64,000 nt of DNA, taken from positions 109,696-173,695 of the forward strand of contig JAYYZJ010000012.1 in assembly GCA_036340075.1 (NCBI GenBank). Direction: 5' to 3'. Positions within the stretch are counted from its first letter, which is position 1; the number at the start of each line of letters is the position of its first letter. Shown piece by piece: positions 18,487 to 25,841 of this stretch. The position numbers and the translations under genes were made by a program. The notes below the pieces were generated by a model. That model saw only the letters and a program-made list of their open reading frames with translations, ran no database searches and was not told the origin of the DNA. This DNA is from Thermodesulfobacteriota bacterium. GTDB taxonomy: Bacteria > Desulfobacterota_D > UBA1144.

Positions 18487-20439
18487 CTATTCAATAGACA
18501 TATAATAGTAATAACTTCTCAAAACTCTTTTTACGTATCCATGGGTTTCTTTAAATGGAATGCTCTCTACGAGCTCATCATCATCAAGTCCTTCGAATCG
18601 AACTAGCCATTTTTTTACATTTGCAGGACCACCATTGTATGCAGCGATAGCTAAAAATAGATTGCCATCAAAATCGTCTATTAGTTTAGAGAGATAATAA
18701 GTTCCCAGCTTAATGTTTATATTGGAGTTGTAAGTAGATTGAGTAGTCTTAATTTTTAATTCTTTTTTTATTTTCTCTGCAGTAGCTGGCATTAACTGCA
18801 TTAATCCCATTGCACCTACTCTTGAAGTAGCGCTAGGGTCAAATAAACTTTCTTCTCTAATTAGTCCTAAAATTAAATTCTTGTTAACTCCAAAGTTTTC
18901 AGAGTTAGTTTTAATTTTACGAGTGAACGCTTTTGGATATCTATATTGGGTTTTGGATGGATATGAATAAGATAACCTTACAAGCATATTAAATTCCTTG
19001 ATTGATTCTAAAGCATTAAAATAATCTGAAAAATTTGTACTATTTATTCTTTTCTTTATATAACTACTTACTTCTCTTCGGGATTTATTGTTAGCCTTTG
19101 AAAGACGCAGTAATTTGATTTGATCTTTCAACTTATTGCTTATTCCTTTGGATAATAGATATTCTTCTTTACTTTTTGGTTTGATACCTAATTTAATTGA
19201 AGCTAGATATGGATAATACCCAACTTTGTAATTATCAAAAAGTTTAGTAAAAATATTTCTCGCTCTTTGAATATCGCCAATTTTTTCTAAAGATCTTGCT
19301 TTCCAATAAAGACCTTTTGCTTGATAATAAATCTTGTCTGAGCGTTCCAATGTTGAAAAATAATTAATAGCTTGTTCATAATTTTCTAGCATGTATTCAG
19401 ACCATCCCATGCCCCAGAAAGCATCATTTAAATAGTCTTGCGATTTCGTCTTTATAAGCCATTCGTATACCCCTTTTGATTTTGTATGATTCTTATCTAA
19501 AGTGAATAATCTTGCAGCCAAGTAGGCAGCATCTTTATTTTTACTGAAATTCGGATATTTCTTCAAAATTAATTGCAAATTATTAGCAATAATTGAGTTA
19601 TCTTTTGACATCTTTAAATCATCTAGAGAGAGTTGATATAGCGCTTCAGCCTTTGCTTCTAAATCTTTTGAGTCCGAGCCAGTTGAACTAAAATCCCCCT
19701 TGGATATGGCAATCAGAAGGATTCTTCCCTCTTTTCTTTGTTTTTTTCTAAGTTTGATTATTGCCTGCTTAATTTTTATATCAGGAGAATTTATTTTTTT
19801 CGCTTCTAAAATAAATTGACTATACATTCTCTTTTTAAATAGAGAGTTTAATCTCGAAATCGAATCCTTTTGTTTTATTTCTTTTTTTAATTTTTTTGAA
19901 AGAGAAGATACTTTTTTACTTACTAGTTTTGATCTATACGAAGGATTCTTAATCCAAATCTCTTTGAATAATCTAAATGCTTTGTCCTCATCGCCAAGCT
20001 TCTCCGAGTTTCTCGCAAGGATATATTTAAATTTCATCTTATCGGTAGAATCTAACTTATACCTTTCACGTATTTTTTTCAGATGTGTACGTAGAATAGT
20101 ATAGGACTTTTTTGCATACATTCTTTCTGCTTCAATAAGCTGAACTTTTGGCATTAAAATCGAATCGTTGTGATTAAATTCAAATTTTCTAATCTCATTT
20201 TTAATTTGTTTTAATTTTAATTCTCTATACGAAAGAAGTTTTATCTTTCTATATAGAAGAAAATCCTCAATATCTTTATATTTAGAAAGTTTATTCAAAC
20301 TCTCAATTGCCATTTTATAGTTCTTATTTTTTTCGTAACAATAAGAGTTGTAAAGATGATTCTTGCTGTTGCCACATGAAGTATCAGCAATTCCACTAGA
20401 AGTAATTAACAAGAATATAATTAATAAATATTTCTTCAT
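18487..20439 (-). CDS. soluble lytic murein transglycosylase (Slt70-like)
   Basis: 650 aa with a signal peptide, a long helical repeat region, and a C-terminal SLT domain LIREESLFDPSATSRVGAMGLMQLMPATA. Confidence 0.85.
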   Translation of the reverse strand: MKKYLLIIFLLITSSGIADTSCGNSKNHLYNSYCYEKNKNYKMAIESLNKLSKYKDIEDFLLYRKIKLLSYRELKLKQIKNEIRKFEFNHNDSILMPKVQLIEAERMYAKKSYTILRTHLKKIRERYKLDSTDKMKFKYILARNSEKLGDEDKAFRLFKEIWIKNPSYRSKLVSKKVSSLSKKLKKEIKQKDSISRLNSLFKKRMYSQFILEAKKINSPDIKIKQAIIKLRKKQRKEGRILLIAISKGDFSSTGSDSKDLEAKAEALYQLSLDDLKMSKDNSIIANNLQLILKKYPNFSKNKDAAYLAARLFTLDKNHTKSKGVYEWLIKTKSQDYLNDAFWGMGWSEYMLENYEQAINYFSTLERSDKIYYQAKGLYWKARSLEKIGDIQRARNIFTKLFDNYKVGYYPYLASIKLGIKPKSKEEYLLSKGISNKLKDQIKLLRLSKANNKSRREVSSYIKKRINSTNFSDYFNALESIKEFNMLVRLSYSYPSKTQYRYPKAFTRKIKTNSENFGVNKNLILGLIREESLFDPSATSRVGAMGLMQLMPATAEKIKKELKIKTTQSTYNSNINIKLGTYYLSKLIDDFDGNLFLAIAAYNGGPANVKKWLVRFEGLDDDELVESIPFKETHGYVKRVLRSYYYYMSIE

Positions 20440-21237
20440 CTAACTTATACTTTTTAATTTATCCCCTATTCTAAGAAATGTGATTGTAGAAATAAATATT
20501 GCTAAGCAAGGAAAAATTATTAAATGAGGATAGCTTCTTATTCCCTCCCATGCGTTGTTTGCCATTAAGCCCCAGCTTACATTTGGTGGTGATATCCCTA
20601 GACCTAAAAAGCTGAGTGTCGATTCAGCTAAAATTACCGAAGGTATTGTAAATGTAAATGTAACAACTAGAGGTGCAACAATGTTTGGTAGCATGTCTTT
20701 CATTATAATACGCATATCACTAAATCCCATAACTTTTGAACTTAATATGAATGGCCGATTCTTGAGTTCCAATACTGTTGCTCTGGATATTCGCGCTACC
20801 CTCATCCAGCTTAATAGAGATAAAGCTATTGTGATTCCCAATATTCCTTTGCCAAAAATCAGAACAAAAATTGATATTAGAAGTAAATCTGGAATAGAAT
20901 AAAAAACATCGACAATTTTCATTAAGGCTTCATCCAGTATTCCACCCTTAATTCCCGATATCGAACCATACAAAGTTCCAAAAACTAGTGCTATAAGAGA
21001 TGTAAATACAGCAATAGATATCGATATCCTCGTTCCAAAGATTACTCTGCTTAAAATATCTCTTCCTAGTTCGTCGGTGCCAAATAGATGCTGAGACGAT
21101 GGAGTTTGTAAAATATTATCAAAATCTGATTTTGTAGGAGAATAAGGAGCAAAGTATTCGGGAATCAATGAAAACAGGAAAAGAACAAATAGTATTAATA
21201 CAAAAAATAAATTACTTATTGTATTCAGCTTCAACAA
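20440..21237 (-). CDS. ABC transporter permease, OppC/DppC-like
   Basis: 265 aa. HLFGTDELGRDILSR, about 6 TM helices, and a binding-protein-dependent permease core. No partner permease or ATPase is adjacent. Confidence 0.85.
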   Translation of the reverse strand: MLKLNTISNLFFVLILFVLFLFSLIPEYFAPYSPTKSDFDNILQTPSSQHLFGTDELGRDILSRVIFGTRISISIAVFTSLIALVFGTLYGSISGIKGGILDEALMKIVDVFYSIPDLLLISIFVLIFGKGILGITIALSLLSWMRVARISRATVLELKNRPFILSSKVMGFSDMRIIMKDMLPNIVAPLVVTFTFTIPSVILAESTLSFLGLGISPPNVSWGLMANNAWEGIRSYPHLIIFPCLAIFISTITFLRIGDKLKSIS

Positions 21238-21550
21238 CTGTTTTTATTCCTCCTCTTACATTAAAATCCGCAGTGATATAGGCGTGTTTTGGTTTGCAAG
21301 CCTCAACAAAATCGTCCAATATTTTATTTGCAACATGTTCATGAAATTCACCTAGATTTCTATAAGAAAACATATACAACTTAAACGACTTTAGTTCTAT
21401 ACAAAGTTTGTTAGGTATATATGTAATCTTGATTGTTCCAAAATCTGGTTGACCAGTTTTAGGACATAATGAAGTAAATTCAGGACAAGTTATATTAATT
21501 GTATAGTCTCGACCCTTTACTTTATTAGGGAAAGTCTCTAGTTTACTCAT
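21212..21550 (-). CDS. queF: NADPH-dependent 7-cyano-7-deazaguanine reductase (type I QueF)
   Basis: 112 aa. CPEFTSLCPKTGQPDFGTI and ELKSFKLY..FRN..EFHE motifs. Confidence 0.9.
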   Translation of the reverse strand: MSKLETFPNKVKGRDYTINITCPEFTSLCPKTGQPDFGTIKITYIPNKLCIELKSFKLYMFSYRNLGEFHEHVANKILDDFVEACKPKHAYITADFNVRGGIKTVVEAEYNK

Positions 21551-21599
21551 TAAGTAATTTTAAACAAGTAATTATTAAGCTCAAGCATAATAAAATTAA

Positions 21600-22982
21600 T
21601 TAAATCTTTGATAATAGCTTTTTAGATTGGCTAATCATTTTTCTTACATTAGACTTTGAGGTTCCACCGTATGATTTCTTTGATTCCACTGAAGAATTAA
21701 TTGAAATAAATTTATATATATCTTGTTCAATCAATTTAGAAAATTTTTTAAAATCCTGAAGACTTACCTCTGTGAGTTTTAAATTTCTTTTTTCACAATA
21801 GGAGACTATTTTCCCGGTAATTCTATGTGCTTCTCTGAAAGGAATATCTTTTTTAGTTAAATAGTCTGCCAAATCTGTGGCTGTAAGATAGCCTAAATCT
21901 AGGCTTCTAACTATTGATTCAGGATTGAATTTAATCGAAGTCAAAATTTCACTAAACATTTCAACGCATTCATTTGTTGTTTTTAGAGATACAAAAAGAG
22001 GAGATTTGTCTTCTTGAAGGTCTCTATTGTATGTCAAAGGAAGGCCTTTTAGGTTGGTTAATAAGTTCATTAGATTTCCATACGTCAAGCCAGTCCTTCC
22101 TCTTATTAGCTCAAGAATATCAGGATTCTTCTTTTGAGGCATAATGCTCGAGCCAGTTGTATATTGATCGTCAATATCTATAAATCCAAATTCTGAGCTA
22201 TGCCAGATAACTAAATCTTCAGAGAATCTGGAAAGATGCATCATTGTCATTGCACAACAATATATTGCGTCTACTATAAAATCTCTATCGCTTACTGAAT
22301 CAAGACTGTTCCTTGTTGGCGCTCTAAACCCCAGCTTTTTTGTTGTATAGAGCCTGTCTATTTTAAAAGATGTTCCAGCACCTGCACAGGAACCCAAAGG
22401 GTTCTCGTCTATTCTATAAAGTGCATTGTTGATTCTATCCAAATCTCTTTTAAACATTTCAAAGAAAGCCAATAAATAATGTGACAACAAAATAGGTTGG
22501 GCACTTTGAAGATGAGTGTAGAAAGGAAAAATTAAATCTATATTAATTTCAGACTTTTTTAAAATTTTCTTTTCTAAAGATATAATGTTTTTTTTAAGTA
22601 AACTTAAATTGTCTTTAGTAAATAATTTTACATCTGTAACAACCTGATCATTTCTGCTTCTCGCTGTGTGGACTTTTTTTCCAACATTTCCTATTTTTTT
22701 TGTAATAGCGTCTTCTATGTTCATATGAACATCTTCAAGCTCAACTTTAAAATTAAAGTTATTTTTATCAATCTGTCTTTTTACTTGATTTAATGCTTTA
22801 ATGATTTTTGTTTTATCTTTTGAGGAAATTATCTTGTTTTTTGATAGCATCTCTACATGAGCAATAGAGCCTTTGATGTCATAAGCGTACAAATCTTTAT
22901 CTACTTCCAACGAGGATGTAAAAATTTCAACTTTTTCATTATTCCCTTTCTTAAATCTTCCGCCCCAAATTTTTTTACTCAT
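21600..22982 (-). CDS. argH: argininosuccinate lyase
   Basis: 460 aa. WGGRF N-terminus, HTARSRNDQV, and the fumarate-lyase signature GSSIMPQKKNPD. Confidence 0.95.
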   Translation of the reverse strand: MSKKIWGGRFKKGNNEKVEIFTSSLEVDKDLYAYDIKGSIAHVEMLSKNKIISSKDKTKIIKALNQVKRQIDKNNFNFKVELEDVHMNIEDAITKKIGNVGKKVHTARSRNDQVVTDVKLFTKDNLSLLKKNIISLEKKILKKSEINIDLIFPFYTHLQSAQPILLSHYLLAFFEMFKRDLDRINNALYRIDENPLGSCAGAGTSFKIDRLYTTKKLGFRAPTRNSLDSVSDRDFIVDAIYCCAMTMMHLSRFSEDLVIWHSSEFGFIDIDDQYTTGSSIMPQKKNPDILELIRGRTGLTYGNLMNLLTNLKGLPLTYNRDLQEDKSPLFVSLKTTNECVEMFSEILTSIKFNPESIVRSLDLGYLTATDLADYLTKKDIPFREAHRITGKIVSYCEKRNLKLTEVSLQDFKKFSKLIEQDIYKFISINSSVESKKSYGGTSKSNVRKMISQSKKLLSKI

Positions 22983-23035
22983 TTGAAGAATATAAAATAT
23001 ATATACTTCTAAAACAAATACCTATGGGAAAATTA

Positions 23036-24109
23036 TTAGTCTTTTGTTAAATGAATAGTTTTTGTAGGATAGGCGAAATCAAGACCTTCTTTCTTAAAAA
23101 CCTCAAAGATTTTTAGCCTTATATTGTGATTAACTTCAATGTATTGAGGATAGTCAGGACTTAATACATCATAAACAAGTTCATAATTTAAGGAGAAATC
23201 AGCAAATTCAACAAAACTAGCTCTTACATAATTAGCATTGTCGGCTTCATCTACTATCTTTTCCAAGATATCTCGAACTTGGCTTAACTGTTCATAGCTA
23301 GTTTCATATACTAGGCCCAACATTATAGTTGTCCTTCTTTTTTGCATCCTTTGTTTTTCGAAATTACGAAGTCTACTATTTAATAAATCAGAATTTGATA
23401 TGATAATCTCTTCACCAGTTAGACTTTCAATTTTAGTGCTTTTAATACCAATAGATTTTACAGTTCCCATATAGTTATCAACAACAATATAGTCTCCTAT
23501 GGCAATTGGTTTATCGATCATTATTGTTAGAGATGCAAACAAATCTCCTAGGATACTTTGCGCTGCTAAGGCAATTGCGAGGCCTCCTATTCCTAGCCCT
23601 GCTACTAAGGCAGTAATATCAACACCTAGGTTGTCTAAAGCTAGCATTAAGAAAATTAGCCATATAGCAAACTTAGTAATAGCAGACACTCCATTAATTG
23701 CTGTTACACCATGCATGTCTTGTTTATCTGTCTTTATATTTTTGTATTTGGAAAAAAGTTTATTAGCTAGAATAATCGCCCATTTGGTTAATTGCCAAAA
23801 GACGACCAATAAAAAAACCGTATCTATTGTTTCTGATATATATTTACCAAGGAAGATTATCTTAGATGTAATAAAAATAGAGAAAATAAGGATAAAAATC
23901 GGCGATATAGATGAAAAAATTTCATATATATAGTCATCGATATTATTAGTTGTTTTTTGAGATAATTTGAAGAGCCTTTTTTCTACAAAATGCTTTATAA
24001 ATCTCATGAATAAAAATAGGGCTACACTTAATACAAGTGTTGCTACCCATATTTCGATTAGATTATCAAGCAGGATTAAATCAGATAAATCTTTATTCCA
24101 GAATCTCAT
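23036..24109 (-). CDS. mechanosensitive ion channel (MscS family)
   Basis: 357 aa. N-terminal TM helices, the pore-lining GLGIGGLAIALAAQ, and a beta domain PIAIGDYIVV..GTV..IG. Confidence 0.85.
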   Translation of the reverse strand: MRFWNKDLSDLILLDNLIEIWVATLVLSVALFLFMRFIKHFVEKRLFKLSQKTTNNIDDYIYEIFSSISPIFILIFSIFITSKIIFLGKYISETIDTVFLLVVFWQLTKWAIILANKLFSKYKNIKTDKQDMHGVTAINGVSAITKFAIWLIFLMLALDNLGVDITALVAGLGIGGLAIALAAQSILGDLFASLTIMIDKPIAIGDYIVVDNYMGTVKSIGIKSTKIESLTGEEIIISNSDLLNSRLRNFEKQRMQKRRTTIMLGLVYETSYEQLSQVRDILEKIVDEADNANYVRASFVEFADFSLNYELVYDVLSPDYPQYIEVNHNIRLKIFEVFKKEGLDFAYPTKTIHLTKD

Positions 24110-24168
24110 ACAATTTATATTATATCAAAATGAATATATTTAAAATAATTGGTTAGTCTTGTATTAAT

Positions 24169-25614
24169 ATGGAAACATATCGTAATCATATTAAGATAAA
24201 GTCAAAAAATTTACGTGTTCTAGTAACAGGAGCCACAGGTTATATTGGTGGGAGGTTGATACCAAGACTCTTGGAGAAGGATATTAGAGTTAGAGTGCTT
24301 GTAAGAGATCCTGACAAAATTAAAAATAAAGCTTGGTATAAAAATGTTGAAGTATTTAAAGGAGATTTGACAAATCTTGAATCAATAAAAAATTTATCTG
24401 AAGGAATAGACCAAGCATTTTATTTGATACATTCTATGGCACATTCAGAAGACTATATAAGATTAGATAGGTTAGCAGCACTAAACTTTATTTCTGTTTC
24501 AAAAAATATTCAACATGTAATTTACTTGGGAGGAATATCCCCAAAAGATGGTAAAAATATCTCTAATCATTTAAAAAGCCGTATTGAAGTAGGAAATCTA
24601 CTTAGTTCAGCACTTCCTACTACAGAATTTCGTGCTGGACCAATAATAGGGTCAGGCTCAGCTTCTTTTGAAATGCTCAGGCATTTATGTGAGAAATTGC
24701 CAATTATGATTGCACCTAAGTGGATTCACAATTACGTAAGACCAGTAAGTATAAGAGATGTATTAAAATATCTGGTTTTGGCAATTGATAAACTACCGCT
24801 TAAGAAAATTGATATTGGAACGGAACCAATGACTTTTAAAGATATGATGCTTCAATATTGCAAATACAGAAATCTAAAAAGAATTATAATAACAGTGCCT
24901 ATACTGGCCCCTGGCTTAGCGGCTAGGTGGGTAGGGCTAGTCACGCCAATTACAAATTTACTTGCAGTTCCTATAGTGAAAGGAATTGTAAATAATCTTT
25001 TAGGAGACACTTCCTTGTCTCGCTCAATGTTCCCCGAGGTCAGTGTGCTTAATTATAAAGACTCTATGAAGTCTGCATTTAATAAAACTAAAAGCGAATA
25101 TGTGGAAACTTCTTGGAATCAACACGATATAAAACCTGGTTACAGTTTCTTTGAACACAAAGGAAGATTCGAAGAGGTTAGGATTAACGAAGTAAAATCT
25201 ACACCTGATAATCTTTTCAAAGTATTTAAGTCGCTAGGCGGTAGTAATGGATGGTTGGCATTTAATCCATTGTGGACTATTAGAAAAATTATTGACCGTA
25301 TACTCGGAGGAAAGATGCTCGAAGAACCAAAAAGAGAGAATATTGAAGAAGGTGATTTGTTTGATTGTTTTCAGATAGAAAAATACGAAGAAGGGCGGAA
25401 AATGCTCATGAAAATAATCTTGAAAACTCCTGGGAATGCATGGTTAAAACTAGAAGCGGTGCCACAAAACGATAAGACTTTTTTGGTGCTCTCCGCGATT
25501 TTCGAACCAAAAGGATTTTGGGGTTATGTATACTGGTATTCGATCTTCCCGCTGCATAAATTAATCTTTGATGAGTTGATAAGAAAGTTGGTTTTAAAAG
25601 CAGAACATACCTAA
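24169..25614 (+). CDS. NAD(P)-binding SDR-like protein with C-terminal DUF2867-like domain
   Basis: 481 aa. Rossmann motif VLVTGATGYIGGRL. The long C-terminal half resembles SDR+DUF2867 fusion proteins. Function unknown. Confidence 0.65.
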   Translation: METYRNHIKIKSKNLRVLVTGATGYIGGRLIPRLLEKDIRVRVLVRDPDKIKNKAWYKNVEVFKGDLTNLESIKNLSEGIDQAFYLIHSMAHSEDYIRLDRLAALNFISVSKNIQHVIYLGGISPKDGKNISNHLKSRIEVGNLLSSALPTTEFRAGPIIGSGSASFEMLRHLCEKLPIMIAPKWIHNYVRPVSIRDVLKYLVLAIDKLPLKKIDIGTEPMTFKDMMLQYCKYRNLKRIIITVPILAPGLAARWVGLVTPITNLLAVPIVKGIVNNLLGDTSLSRSMFPEVSVLNYKDSMKSAFNKTKSEYVETSWNQHDIKPGYSFFEHKGRFEEVRINEVKSTPDNLFKVFKSLGGSNGWLAFNPLWTIRKIIDRILGGKMLEEPKRENIEEGDLFDCFQIEKYEEGRKMLMKIILKTPGNAWLKLEAVPQNDKTFLVLSAIFEPKGFWGYVYWYSIFPLHKLIFDELIRKLVLKAEHT

Positions 25615-25654
25615 ATATTCTAAATCATTGATTTTTATTTTTTTAAAATTTTCC

Positions 25655-25683
25655 TTGACTACTACTATATATAGTGGTTTAAT
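25655..25683 (+). promoter_or_regulatory. candidate sigma-70 promoter of nrdAB (TTGACT-17 nt-TTTAAT)
   Basis: -35 TTGACT at 25655..25660 and -10 TTTAAT at 25678..25683 with a 17-nt spacer. NrdR box 1 fills the spacer. Confidence 0.45.
25662..25677. promoter_or_regulatory. NrdR box 1
   Basis: CTACTATATATAGTGG is a near-perfect palindrome. It matches about 13/16 positions of the NrdR box consensus as I recall it (acaCwAtATaTwGtgt). Confidence 0.6.
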
Positions 25684-25693
25684 GAGAAAGTAA

Positions 25694-25709
25694 TCACAAT
25701 ATATTGATA
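25694..25709. promoter_or_regulatory. NrdR box 2
   Basis: TCACAATATATTGATA has a perfect CAATATATTG core and matches about 12/16 consensus positions. Its centre is 32 bp from the box 1 centre, the usual tandem spacing. Confidence 0.55.
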
Positions 25710-25750
25710 ATTTAGTCTTTTAAAGCAGTTATTTTTGGTGATTATACCTT

Positions 25751-25808
25751 GGGGCGAAGAAGAGTTGAAAATACCCCCTTTTGCACCCCGTTAGCTCTTC
25801 TTTGCCTC
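25751..25808 (+). promoter_or_regulatory. long GC-rich hairpin in the nrdA 5' leader
   Basis: GGGGCGAAGAAGAGTT (25751..25766) pairs with AGCTCTTCTTTGCCTC (25793..25808): about 16 bp including G-U pairs, closing a 26-nt C-rich loop. No U-tract follows. Confidence 0.45.
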
Positions 25809-25841
25809 TAAAGTGTTAATTCAGATTTGGAGGAATACACT

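Noticed and set aside
23499-23933. A 144-aa plus-strand ORF inside the MscS gene.
   Set aside because: It is antisense to a well-supported MscS channel, and it has no motifs or translation signals.
25615-25841. Possible cobalamin or other known riboswitch upstream of nrdA.
   Set aside because: I see no B12-box-like sequence. The structured part is only about 60-85 nt, too small for a cobalamin aptamer. It is reported instead as an unclassified hairpin with a possible anti-SD element.
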